Shown here piece by piece: positions 39,630 to 52,240 of a DNA stretch of 64,000 nt. The translations under genes were made by a program, and so were the position numbers. The notes under the pieces are model-generated. The model searched no databases. It had not been told where the DNA came from and saw only the letters and a program-made list of their open reading frames with translations. Every line of letters begins with the position of its first letter. The stretch's first letter is position 1. Origin of the DNA: Tubulanus polymorphus (Eukaryota; Animalia; Nemertea); the NCBI RefSeq assembly GCF_964204645.1, contig NC_134028.1, positions 18,111,653 through 18,175,652 of the forward strand, written 5' to 3'.

Positions 39630-42600
39630 TTACGTTGACTGTGCGTTTCTTAGCAATGTCTTTTTGCGTTTCTTGGCTTTACCATTGTATGTGTAATTAG
39701 CATGGAAACGCTTTTTGGCTGCGTCGGGAACATCTTCATTGTCATACCAGATAGAGTTGCGCACGTTTTTGACTTTGACTCTATAACGTAACCTGCCCAG
39801 TCTGTAGTTAGCTCGAAGTATCCGGCCAACGTTATCATCGGTGAGTTTTGGAGGCTCGTTTGGAAGTGTTGTTGGGGGCGTTGCTAGAGGTGCGTCAAGT
39901 GGAATTCTGTCATCTGGGTTGTTGTAAGGCGTCAGGCGGATAGTGTGACTTTTGGTTTTGAGAATTGAATTATCCAAACAGCGTTGAAGTTGGTATGTGT
40001 CATTCTGACAGCATTCGATACAATGAATGGGCCAAAGTGTTTTGGTTGTAACTTCTTAGGATTATGGCGATTGAATGCTTTTTCTTGCAGAAGGATTTTA
40101 TTGCCTTCTTTGAATTTGTGTTGGGTAGCTTTCTTGTCATATTGAGCTTTCATTTTATCCTGTGTTTCATGAAGTTGTTCCTTGATGATGTCTTTAGTGA
40201 TTTTGAGAGTTTCGATGACTTGTTTCACATGTGTTTTTGCAGATGTGCTAAGCGTTTCTTTAGGAATCAGAGCGTTGTCAATCGGTCGGTTCATTTCTTG
40301 CCAAATAAGACAGCGTGAGGGCTAAAACCTGTTGACTGTGTGCAAGGCGTTGCAAGGAATGCCATCAAAATGCCTGGTAAGATAGAAGACATGATTTGAT
40401 CATGCACGGAGAGATTGTGCAATTGTCGAGTTCATGCGTTCACACGTTGCGTTTGTTTCAGGAAGTAACTGGTAGTAGTAAAATGCTTCACTTGGAATAA
40501 TTCACAGACGGCTTCTACGAGAGATGAGCAGAAATTTGCTCCACGATCTGTGATTAGCGATCTTGGAGTACCGTAACGTGTGAAGATTTCATTGACAAGT
40601 ATTTTGGCAACCTCCCTTGCATCGTGAGTTTTTAGAGGGAAAGCTTCAGGCCATCTGGAAGAGCTGTCAACTACCAAAAGAATATACTTAAAACCTTCTT
40701 TTGTCTCAGTGATTGGGCCTAGAATGTCTGCATGGATTCGTTGAAATGTGTTTTGTGACAGGCAATGGGTGTCGCGGTGCGGGTTTAGCTTAATGATTGG
40801 TTTTTGATGTTTGGCACGGTCCGCAATATAGTACATAGTTGTTAACGTCTCTGTACATGTTTGGCCAGTAATATTTCAAGCGAATTGCTGCATATGTGCG
40901 ATCAATGCCAAAGTGGCCTCCACCGATAAGGGTGGAGTGGTACGATTTCAAAACCGATTCCCGGTGATTTGGCGGTAGTGCTAACTGACGATACATGACG
41001 CGGCCTAGTTTCTTCTGCGTTCAAGGTTGATAGAAGTGGAACAAAACATTGTTGATTACTGTGTATTGTTCGGCCTGTATACTAATTCTAGTAGCTTGTT
41101 TTTTATCGTCAGGTAGAGAATTTGTGGTTAGGTAGGTTTTGATACCCTTGAAATCAGGGCATGCATCTTGATCGGCAGACAATTGTTCGACGGATGCGGA
41201 TCCTGGTGGCAGTTGTACAGTGTCGACAGTATCGGTCAGTGTAGCTATGATAGGAGGTGAAGGGTCAGAGTCGTAGAAGAAGGTGATTTCATGAGATGCG
41301 TGGTCAACAAGTTTTTGTTCAGTCGAATGTAGCGTTTGATTGGATGCAGACATGGTGTTTACAGGTGTAGCAATTGTAGTTGGTGTTGGTATGCGAGATA
41401 GGCAATCCGCGTTGGTATTGTTTACACCAGGTCTGTGAATGACTTCGTAATTATACGATTGTAGTAGAAGAGACCATTGGTGTAGACGCCTATTCTTATC
41501 ATGTTTCACATCAGCTAACCATTTCAAGGCGATATGATCGGTTATAATTTTGAAAGGTTGGTTGATCAAATATTCCTTATAGTGCTGTATGCCATCTACT
41601 ACGGCTAAACATTCCTGTTCAGATGTGTTCCAGTTGCGTTCGTTGGGTCGAAGGGCTCTACCACCATATGCTATAGGGTGTTCTTTGTCATCTTCTTTGA
41701 TTTGGCTCAAGATGTATGCTATTCCATTTGTGGAAGCATCGATAGTTAGCACAAATGGTTTGTTTAGGTCGGGGTAAGCTAGAATTGGAGCCGAAACCAG
41801 TGCCTGTTTCATATTCTCAAAAGCATCTTGACACTCTTAAGTCCAAATGAACGGTGTGTTTTTGTGAAGCAATTAATTGAGAGGTGCGACGATATGCGAA
41901 TAGCCTTTGACGAAGCGACGGTAGAAATTAGCCAGACCCAAGAAACTACGCACTTCCTTTTGTTTAGTAGGAACTGGGAACGAATTGATAATTTAAGTCT
42001 TTTCAGGGTCGGTTTGAAAACCTTCACGCGACATAATGTATCCTAGGTAACGAACTGATGGCATTGCAAAGAAACATTTAGATGCTTTTAGAGTTAGACC
42101 TGCTTTACGTAACCTATTGAAAATTTCATCTAGGTCTTTCAAATGAGTTTCAAAATCGGGACTGAAAAATAAGATATCGTCGACGTAGCAGAGTGCGATT
42201 TTGAAATTTACCCCTCTCAAAACATCGCCCATAAGAGCTTGGAATGTGATTGGACTATTCTTGAGACCAAATGGTAGTCTATTCCATTCGAATATACCAT
42301 TTCGTGTTATAAAAACAGCTTTATGTCTAGTTTCAGGGTCCATTGGAACTTGCCAAAACCCGCTAGATAAATCGAGAGAAGTGAAATACTTCGCATTTAC
42401 GGTGCCCACAGCATCAATTGCATCGTCAATTTTTGGTAACGGGAAGTTAATTGGTTTGGTTATAGCATTCAATTTCCTATAATCGACACAAAACCTCCAT
42501 TCTCCGTTTTTCTTTTTTACTTGAACAACGGGGCTATGCCAATTAGAAGTGCTCGGTGCACATATATAAGACTGTAAGAGTTCATCTAATATTTTGCTTA

Positions 42601-43579
42601 GATTTTCTTTAGCTTCTGGGTTCTGCCGATATGGCGGAAGTCTTACCGGCCCTTGGTCAGCAAGGGTTTCTATTTTATGAGCTACGCGTTCAGTTCTACC
42701 TAATAAATCTAAATCATCAGAGAAAAGATCTCGATTCTGATTCAAAGATTTTTGTAGCCGTTCTCGCTCATTTGATGTCATGTCGTCCTCTGATGGTAGA
42801 TTGAATTTTAGGCTAAAAAAAATTGATTCCTTTTTTCTCCGCTCTGCTGAGCTTAAATGATGACCCGGCCAGCCGCCTATCTACCCTATAAAATTGACCC
42901 GGCCGCTGCGGAGAAACAAGGTATCATTTTTGTTTAGCCTTACTGGTTCTTTTTGAACTGGTTTGTTTTTAGAATTTGCTTCAGAACTAGGGGGAGACAT
43001 GTCATCTAATGAAATTACATCTTCAGGGTCAATTACAGCCACGAGGCCCACAACAGTATTACGCGGCATAGCAATTGAGTAATCGTTTAGATTAATTATG
43101 CTCATAATCGGGTTTGTATTTCTACATGATTGCACGACACATTGTGATCCAGCTAATAGCATTGACCTAAGGTTTGGATGTGGCATTATATGAGCGGTAA
43201 CAATGTCCGGAATGAATTAGGTTTAACGGAATGCCGATCTCAGATCTAGCCGGGACTTTAATGTGTTTCAGGGTGCGAGCTAATCCGGCATTACTGCATG
43301 TGATAGGAGCTATAATTGTATCATTGCTAAGCGTTAGTGTGCATGTATTGTGCCAATATTTTACCTTTGCACTGTGGTGAAGTAAAAAGTCATCACCGAG
43401 TATAATTGAATATTGACAACTTGGCAGGACAATGAGTCGTGATGAAAGGCAACACCTTGAATTTTAATCGCCAAATTAATTTTAACAAGCATGTTTATTT
43501 TCTGTCCGCCAACTCCGCTAACCGATTTAATATTTGCCCGATCGATAGCAGAGTCAGGAACTTCGAGTCTCGAAAGCAT
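39630..43579 (-). pseudogene. pol (partial protease, RT, RNase H, integrase with chromo-like tail)
   Basis: WRFCVDYRKLN, LDLSSGFWQ, LPFGLKNSP, YVDD; DAST...EQECLAV...TDH..L; GHFG...YYWP...CGPCQ; DILGP, VDSSSRW, TDRGANF; KLQPKHFGPF. Confidence 0.95.
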
Positions 43580-43582
43580 TGC

Positions 43583-44540
43583 TCAGTGTTGGTACTGTCG
43601 TGCTTGTGGTTGTTGATATTGTCGCGGTTGATAGTGCGTAGATTGGTCGTGGTAACTCGGTTGTTGTTGCTGTTGTCTGTGTTGCGGTCGAGTATGCTGA
43701 TGATTGTAGGTCATCTGTTCGTTTCGGCCAGTTATCGGTCTACTGTTATGTTGTGGCGTATTTATAGCATTAATGTCATTATTAGAAACCGACGTCGATT
43801 TCATTACAGCGATTTGTTTTGACAGTTCGCTTATGGTCGCTACCAGACTATCGACAGTCATGGAATTGATTGGTGCTGTAGGAGTAGCCACTGATTCGAC
43901 CAATTCTACTTTTTCGATTAAGTCGTCCATAGTTTTAGGGTTAAGCGGAATGATCTGCGTTTGGATTTCTGGCTTTAAACCTCTCAATATTATTTGGAGA
44001 AGTACTTCTTCACTTAGTTTCGAGCTTACGGCTTGTTCTCGTATACGGTCCATGAATTCATGTGCGGATTCATTCTTTTGACTGTCTTTAAATAAATTTA
44101 GATTGATTCGCTGTGGTAAATATCTTTTCTCAAATGCCTTTTTCAAATTTGCCCATGTAGATTTGGCTTCGTCACTGAGGCCCATATACCAGACATACGT
44201 GTTATCCCCTAGAAACCCAGGAACGTTTTTAAGCTTATGTGCGTCCGTGTAATTGTTTGCAGTGGCGTCTCCATCCCATCCGGACCACCAAATGTTCGCG
44301 TTTTTTATCTTCGAAAACTGGTAATCTAGGCACCTTTGGATCCATGAAGATGTTGATATCTGCTATCTCAGCTGCTGGTGCTGATATATCCAATGTTGAG
44401 CTTGACGACGCTTGTGGTTGTGGCGGTTGCGGCTGTTGTGGCGTTTGTTGCGGTGATTGCGGTTGTAGTTGCTGCGGTGAGGTCGGTCGAATATTTTGCC
44501 TACTCTGCAATCTGGTCAAGTGTGTGCTTGGCTGCGGCAT
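43583..44540 (-). pseudogene. gag (P/Q-rich N-terminus, capsid domain)
   Basis: ORFs 44235-44540 and 43583-44185; ...WYMGLSDEAKSTWANLKKAFEKRY...Q..NESAHEF...ILRGLKPEI. Confidence 0.8.
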
Positions 44541-45887
44541 AGGGAACTTGGTAGACGCTGGTACCGTTAATCTGCCGTCGGTACATCCACCATCTATTAT
44601 ATGGAACTCAGACGTAGAGTTGAGACTGAAGAAGATATAAGATTCAGATATTATATATATTTGCTATAATACACTTACCTGAAGAAATAAATACACATAG
44701 CATGATATAATGTAACACAAATATTAACGATTTATTTCTACGACTATCAGCGATGAAAACATTGATTAGAACCACAAAACAGTTAATTGAAGTACAAAAA
44801 CAGATGGCGCCACAATACGGGCACGAACAAATTAGCAGGACTGACTAAGAAGCACGTGCTCCTGCCTACTACATCTGCATGGTATTAACCTATACGTGTA
44901 CATTTTAGTTCTTAGCTCTCGGGGAACAAGCGAACCAAAGCATACCATTTTTACAGTTAATGAATTAACGAAAGATCCGATTAATGGGGTTAAATACGCT
45001 GCAAAAATAGATCCGGCTACTTAGTATTAAAGATTATCTCACATTATATTGGGTTGAATGGTGATAGAAGTTGATCACAATTATATTAAAAAGATTTTGA
45101 ATAATATTTTATCAATACAATGTAATTTGTTCAGATAAATTTATTTTACAAGGTGAATTAATATGCGGATGACTACATCACTTGGTGTGAATGGGCACCT
45201 TGAACCAAGGGTCGGTACCGTAGCGGTCTTGAATTCCTTTTTTGTGCTGGGAAAGTCAGTGGGAGTCTTTAAATTTGAAAGTTTGGCAGACAATGGCCTT
45301 TAATTATTACAGTTAGACCGAAATTATTGCGTTTGGTGTGCGTTTATTCATAGCCATATCAGCCATATCAGTTTAGCCATATCAGTGTACCTACGTTTAT
45401 GATGTTTTGACGGATATAAGTCCTGTCAACTGACTGTTTAGTAACACATTTTCCGTGCCAAACTTGTATTCTAAATCTATATTGTATGAATAGAAATACT
45501 AATTTTAAAATATTTTCTAAAATTGATTTTTGGTGCACCAGTGCTTATTTTGGTAAATAAAATGTGCGTATGAATATGTTGTCTGGAATGCGGCGGACCC
45601 AAAGTAAACGACCAACACGGTGTAGTAATATGAACTCGAATGTCTAGCGGCTTTATTCAGAGGACTGTATATATGCCGACATGATTATATGGTCGGTTAA
45701 CAGTTTACAGTTGATTGAGAATAGATTGTGATATGACTGGATGCCAACTTGATGCCAACTAGATCCGCGATTGGCCGATGTAGCAGCTACGCATAATTCT
45801 TCTAACTGGGAACGATTCTAGTGGTATATTTCAAATTGCATCCCTCTATCGCTTACTGATATTTTAACTTCAACAAATCATCTTATC

Positions 45888-46037
45888 TCTGCATTTCATA
45901 AGGCTGTGGTTAAACCTCTTGGCCCATGGGCAATTATTATTTTGGATGAAATAAACTTTCATCTTACTTCTGCATTTCATAAGGCTGTGGTTAAACCTCT
46001 TGGCCCATGGGCAATTTTTTTTTGAATGAAATAAACT
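45888..46037. repeat. ~80-bp tandem duplication of a HINE-like 3' end
   Basis: TCTGCATTTCATAAGGCTGTGGTTAAACCTCTTGGCCCATGGGCAATT occurs twice. Confidence 0.85.
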
Positions 46038-47062
46038 CTATAATAGATTTTCATTTATGTTGTTATCGGTCCAATTATTGTTAAAAAGTCTTTGAAAGTG
46101 ATAGACTTTGGTCATATAACCGGCCATATTTTACTCTTAAGTTTAAGGTAAAACAAGTCGATCTGACGTATTTGTTCCTGCCTACCACTGTCTGAGGCGT
46201 CAAGTCTCACCGTAGTGCCCAGGGCAATTGTTAAAGCAAACAGATTTGCATAATTTAAAGAGTAGTAGAATGAACAATGTAATATGTTTTCATTGATATT
46301 ATAAAAAACTGTACCTCAAGAGCACAGGACCTTTGGTCCTCCATTATGAACTACACCAACAGTAACTTAGAAGTGACCGCGTTTCATCAACTGAAAACTT
46401 CCGTTTAACAGTCGTAGGAAATTATGGAATAATAGCTCTCTTGGAATGCGGTGTTATTGTTAACTTCGGTCTTAAAGAGATCTCAAATTCATGTCTCACT
46501 ACAGAACATAATACTATCCATACAATTATATTTGGATTTATTTTCTCGGATTTATCATTGTCATTATCTATCTTAAACTATGAATCAGTTGAGAATCACA
46601 ATATCCATGATAAGACCTGATGACTAAAAATCCTACAATGTATGAATGAATCTTAAATGTTTATTAAGGACTCTTGAGAGTCCATTATGCTGGCGTGTCT
46701 CTTACTTAACTCCTTGTTTACACGATTATGTCATTTGGGTAGCTTAAACTTATTAATTAAGTTCAAAAACTTAAATGCAGTTATAAAATCTTGGTTCCTT
46801 TTATTTTGGTTATAATACGAGGCCTAGAAATGTATTTTGGGCACTGCTGATAGACCCGCACTCATTCATGCGCATAGGCAGCTAGCGTCTTTCAGTTGAG
46901 CAAACCGGTTCATCGTACACAAACTGCGCTTTTTGCCCAATTCAAGAGTTATGAGCTTGGTAAAGTTAGTAATTCTCATCGAATTTACATCAAATAAACT
47001 TTGAATGAAAAATAATAAGGATCTTCCACAGTTGGTTTCCATAGACTGGCTGTCCAATATCA

Positions 47063-47243
47063 ATAGTAGATAAAACCCACAATAAAAAGAAAAAACTATA
47101 TTGTAGCTAACGTTTCAACTCAATTCTATGAGCCATTTTCAAAAACTGATTGAATCAGTTTTTGAAAAATGGCTCATAGAATTGAGTTGAAATGTTAAGC
47201 TACAATATTGTTTTTTCTTTTTATTGTGGGTTTTATCTACTAT
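47063..47243. repeat. ~180-bp near-perfect palindrome, probable inverted Penelope-like terminus
   Basis: Arms of ~90 bp around ACTGATTGAATCAGT; carries TTGAAAAATGGCTCA-TAGAAT-TGAGTT-GAAA. Confidence 0.8.
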
Positions 47244-47964
47244 CTTCCACAATGTTGAAAATCCCATTTGATGAATGGCGCAGTTTTCGAGTTATAAACA
47301 GTTGGACTACAGCCAACTTGAAAACTAAATCGTACAGGCATAGCTACAGCTGAAGATTCTAACAATTCTTAAGTAAATATGGTTTATCGTCATTCATTTT
47401 TATAGATTTTTGCATTAGCAATCCTTTTTTGAGCCATATTATGTGTATTTATTTTGTTAGCAGCACAGTTATGAGAAAAGCGTGCCTCAATTCGTCAAAG
47501 TACGAGCGCGTCGGCACTATAGCTTTATATACACGCCACGTTCATGTATGTCCCAGTATTAGATAACGCGCGGCTCGGAGCGGGTCGTGCGCGCAGTACA
47601 ATCTACAGACACACAGTCAGTCAATAAACTAACTTTCCATCAGTAAAGGCATGGTTAATTTTTACTGCCCTGAAATTTGAAAGGCTTATAGGAGCATCTG
47701 ATTTGTTTTATAACTGTGTCCGTATGATTAATGAACTGATGAGTAAACTCGTGTTGTACCTGGTCACGAATCCGTTTTTCTCTTAGTTTTAGTTGCTCAT
47801 GTCATCTTCTCTCAGGATATATGAAAATTATGAACGTTTCTAAGTCTTAAAAATTCCCATCAATCTTTCGATGTTATTCAAGAAAGTTCTAATAAGAGAC
47901 AGTTTCATTAAAAGTTCACACTGACCAACCAACATTGAGTCCATTTTAAGAATTTTTTTTCTTG

Positions 47965-48110
47965 TTTTAAAATTAGAAATATTTTTGGGTGGTTGCTACC
48001 ACCCTTTTTCAGTCTAAAATGACTCATCAAAATGACTAGAGTGACTCATCTGAGACTGAAGAAGGGTTGTAGAAACCACCCAAAAGACTTCTAATGTTTG
48101 AATAAACTTT
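47965..48110. repeat. Inverted repeat with hammerhead-like core (probable PLE terminus)
   Basis: TTTTGGGTGGTTGCTACCACCCTTTTTCAGTCT vs AGACTGAAGAAGGGTTGTAGAAACCACCCAAAA. Confidence 0.65.
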
Positions 48111-49064
48111 TTAGATTTGTTCATACATTGTAGGATTTTTACTTATCTTTCACCATTATGATCTGTTGCTCATATGTATACTCATCTCACTCATAATTTA
48201 TTTTACCGTAATTAGGGTTTTCTGTTATTTCACAGAAAACCCTATTGATATCCATGTGATTATTATTATTATTATTTTCTTCCACACTATTTTTACCAAA
48301 AGAACATAGGCTTTGTTACCTTACCGCTGTTTCATATACAATCCATATAATATCGTTCAGCTCACTGAGATCTACAAATAGCCCGCGTGTTTTTTCACGA
48401 ATCATCGTTACAAAAGCGCTGTCGGGCCGTAAACATCGAAAATTTAGCCCCATTCAATGGGGTGACATGTTTTTCGAGTCGTCATCCCGAAATCAACCCG
48501 CAGGCCGACTGTCACTTCGATTATCAATTCAAGTATAAATGAACTAATTTATTGCCGCAGACTTCACATTCAGTCGCGGTCTTCAAACAGTGATTTTAAC
48601 AATAGCCCATTTTCCTCATCAAATCATACCACCGATACACTGGAAATTTACTACTTTAGATTTTAAAAGCACTGTCGAGCCGTAAACATCGACGAATCGA
48701 CGTGTGTTACTACATCGTCGTTCCGGGGATCAGCTGCGAGTTTCTCGTCATCATGAACCTACGTGAAGTGAGCCTGTTATTCCAGCCTCGTATTCAGATA
48801 TAGTGTGTACGCACTGTACAGCTGCCTGTAGATACTGGTTGACATGAAATGTATAACTTAGCATGACGGAGCGATGATAACTAACGTTAACGTTAGTATA
48901 TAGCATCGGATACTGATACTCAAATTTCTCTGAAACAAAAACTCCAGGTTTCGTAAAAACTGAGTATATTACTGAGTAGGCTCGATTGTTCAAGTAGATA
49001 TATAAAGTAAATGTCTGTGCATCGATTTGTTCAGGTATTATTTCAACTCACGATTGCATCATTC

Positions 49065-50710
49065 CGCGACAATTCAATATTTTGGTTTTGTCGCCCGCGA
49101 CAATTCATTATTTTGGTTTTATCGCCCGCGACAATTCAATATTTTGGTTTTATCGCCCGCGATAATTCATTATTTTGGTTTTATTGCCCGCGACAATTCA
49201 ATATTTCGTTTTTATCGCCCAAGACAATTCATTATTTTGGTTTTATCGCCCGCGACAATTCATTAGTTTGGTTTTGTCGCCCGCGACAATTCATTAGTTT
49301 GGTTTTGTCGCCCGCGACAATTCAATATTTTGGTTTTGTCGCCCGCGAAAATTCAATATTTTGGTTTTATCGCCCGCGACAATTCATTACTTAGGTTTTA
49401 TCGCCACCGACAATTCATTATTTTGGTTTTGTTGCCCGCGACAATTCATTATTTTGGTTTTATATTTTGTTTTTGTCGCCCGTGACAATTTTCTTTTTTG
49501 ATTTTGTCGCCTGAGACAATTCATTATTTTGGTTTTATCGCCCGCGACAATTCATTATTACGGTTTTATCGCCCGCGACAATTCATTATTTTGGTTTTGT
49601 CACCCGCGACAATTAACCATTTTGGTTTTGTCGCCCGCGACAATTAACCATTTTGGTTTTGTCGCCCGCGACAATTCATTATTTTGGTTTTGTCGCCAGC
49701 GACAATTCATTATTTTGGTTTTATCGCCCGCGACAATTCAATATTTTGTTTTTATCGCCCGCGACAATTCATTATTTTGGTTTTGTCGCCCGAGACCATT
49801 CATTATTTTGGTTTTATCGCCCGCGTCAATTTATTATTTTGGTTTTGTCGCCCACGACAATTCATTATTTTGATTTTGTCGCCCGCGACGATTCAATATC
49901 TTGTTTTTGTCGCCCGAGACAATTCATTATTTTGGTTTTGTCGCCCGCGACAATTCATTATTTTGATTTTGTCCGCCGCGACGATTCAATATCTTGTTTT
50001 TGTCGCCCGAGACAATTAATTATTTTGGTTTTATCGCCCGCGACAATTCATTAGTTTGGTTTTACCGCCCGCGACAATTCATTATTTTGGTTTTTTGGCC
50101 CGAGACAATTCATAATTTTGGTTTAATCGCCCGCGACAATTCAATATTTTGGTTTTATCGTCCGCGATAATTCATTATTTTGGTTTTATCGCCCGCGACA
50201 ATTCATTATTTTGGTTTTATCGCCCGCGACAATTCAATATTTTGGTTTATCGCCCACGACAATTCATTATTTTGGCTTTATATTATGTTTTTATCGCCCG
50301 CGCCAATTTTTTTTGGTTTTGTCGCCCGCGACAATTCAATATTTTGTTTTTATCACCCGTGACAATTCATTATTTTGGTTTTGTCGCCCGAGACCATTCA
50401 TTATTTTGGTTTTATCGCCCGCGACAATTCATTATATTGGTTTTGTCGCCCGCGACAATTCATTTTTTTTATTTTGTCGCCCGCGACGATTCAATATTTT
50501 GTTTTTGTCGCCCGAGACGATTCATTATTTTGGTTTTATTGCCCGCGGCAATTCAATATTTTGGTTTTATCGCCCGCGACAATTCATTAGTTTGGTTTTA
50601 TCGCCCGCGACAATTCATTGATTTGGTTTTGTCGCCCGCGACAATTCATTAGTTTGGGTTTGTCGACCGCGAAAATTCAATATTTTGGTTTTGTCGCCTG
50701 CGACAATTGT
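49065..50710. repeat. 31-bp tandem array, ~50 copies
   Basis: Unit TTTTGGTTTT(A/G)TCGCCCGCGACAATTCA(T/A)TA. Confidence 0.97.
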
Positions 50711-50714
50711 TTTT

Positions 50715-51967
50715 CAGTCCACTTGGGACTTTAGTCCCAGCGGGCTATTGCGTTCGCTTTTCTTCCGTCCGTCCGTCCATAGACGGAATCCAGTTATTTT
50801 GGGAAGTTTTGAAGACGCTTCAAGGTAATGTCTTAATATTTGGTTTATACATGTATCTACCCTAGACACATCGTCAGCCCAAAAACTGGCCCTGTCAGAT
50901 TCAAGATGGCCGACTGGCAGCCATTGTTGTTTGCCAAAATCAGCACTTTTTAAACATTTTCGAAGTTTTCGTGGGAAATTTTGAAGACGCTTTGATCAAT
51001 TACCTTGATGTTTCGTTTATATTTGAATCTACCAAAGGCCCATCAGCATAAGAAAATTGGGTCGATCTGACTCAAGATGGCCGTCCTATGACCTTTTTAG
51101 TGCCCAAAAATGTCAATTTTGGCCAGAATTCTAGGTCACGTAGCTTCCTACTGGTTTGCCATTTCTCATTGCAATTGCTGATTGGTATTCTTTAGAGAGG
51201 GATGTTTTATACCTGGGACAGGTATCTTTGATCAGCCAATTATGACGCAATTGGCGGCCATCTTGGTGTCATCAGTACTCATTCGTAGGTGGGAAAAAGT
51301 TTTTCCACATTAAATTGATACCTAAGCATATTGTGTTACTATATTCAATTGGAAAGTTGTAGCCCATAACGTGTTCTATGATTTTGGTGAGTTTCAAGGT
51401 CAATGGTTTTTGTATGTGGCCATCAGGGGGCGTTGAATAATACAATAACTTAGTATTGCTATATTTGTACCAAGGCATATTTTGTTACCATGATCAATTG
51501 CAAAGTTGTAGTTCATGACATCGTCTATGATTGTGGTGAGTTTTTAAGGACATTAGTTATTCCATACAGTCACCAGGGGGCGTTGAAAATAGAATGGCTT
51601 AGTATTTCCTTATTAGATTGGTACCTAGGCATATTTTGTTACTATGATCAATTGCAAAGTTGTATTTCATGACATGTACTATGATTGGGGTGAGTTTTAA
51701 GGTCATTGGGTTTCGCATATGGTCACCAGGGGGCGTTGAATAGTAGAATAACTTAGTATTTCCATATTAAATTGGTAACGAGGCATATTTTGTTATCACA
51801 ATCGATTAAAAAATCATAGCTGCTGACATGTTCTATGATTGTGGTGGGTTTCAAGGTCATTGGTTTTTGTATATGGTCACTAGAGGGCGTTATGTATTGA
51901 AATTGTTAGATTGTTGAGCATTTGAAACCACTTCCCAAGTGAGCATGGTGTCCCTGGACCCCTAGTT
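50715..51967 (+). mobile_element. Complete HINE-like family B copy inserted in the 31-bp array
   Basis: 5' CCACTTGGGACTTTAGTCCCAG + (CGTC)n; internal ~154-bp repeats; 3' CCCAAGTGAGC...GTCCCTGGACCCTAGTT; array resumes afterwards. Confidence 0.75.
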
Positions 51968-52240
51968 TGGTTTTGTCGCCCGCGACAATTCATTATTTTG
52001 GTTTTGTCGCACGCAACAATTCAATATTTTGTTTTTGTCGTCCGCGACAATTCATTTTTTTGGTTTTATCGCCCGCGACAATTCAATATTTTGGTTTTAT
52101 CGCCCCCGACAATTCATTATTTTGGTTTTATCGCCCGCGACAATTCATTATTTTTGTTTTGTCGCCCGTGACAATTCAATATTTTGGTTTTGTCACCCGC
52201 GACAATTCATAATTTTGGTTTTGTCACCCGTGGTTTTGTC
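51968..52240. repeat. 31-bp array continuation
   Basis: Same unit, ~9 copies. Confidence 0.95.

Larger units (their letters stand above)
37144..44600 (-). mobile_element. Ty3/gypsy LTR retrotransposon with env (errantivirus-like), degraded; LTR pair not identified
   Basis: Order gag-PR-RT-RNaseH-IN-env on the - strand with several stops and frameshifts. Confidence 0.93.

Noticed and set aside
44239-44640. Cys/Gly-rich ORF resembling metallothionein or keratin-associated protein
   Set aside because: It is the antisense reading of the Pro/Gln-rich gag N-terminus (CAA/CCG codons give TTG/CGG)
45621-45832. Possible solo LTR (TGTAGTAATA...TATATTTCA)
   Set aside because: No target-site duplication and no second copy near the env end, so it cannot be assigned to the gypsy element
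34747-46230. Possible TIR pair (CCTCAGGTAGGCAG / CTGCCTACCACTGTCTGAGG) enclosing the gypsy element
   Set aside because: The match is gapped, there is no TSD, and the right-hand sequence looks like a HINE-type 3' end (TGCCCAGGGCA hairpin + TT)
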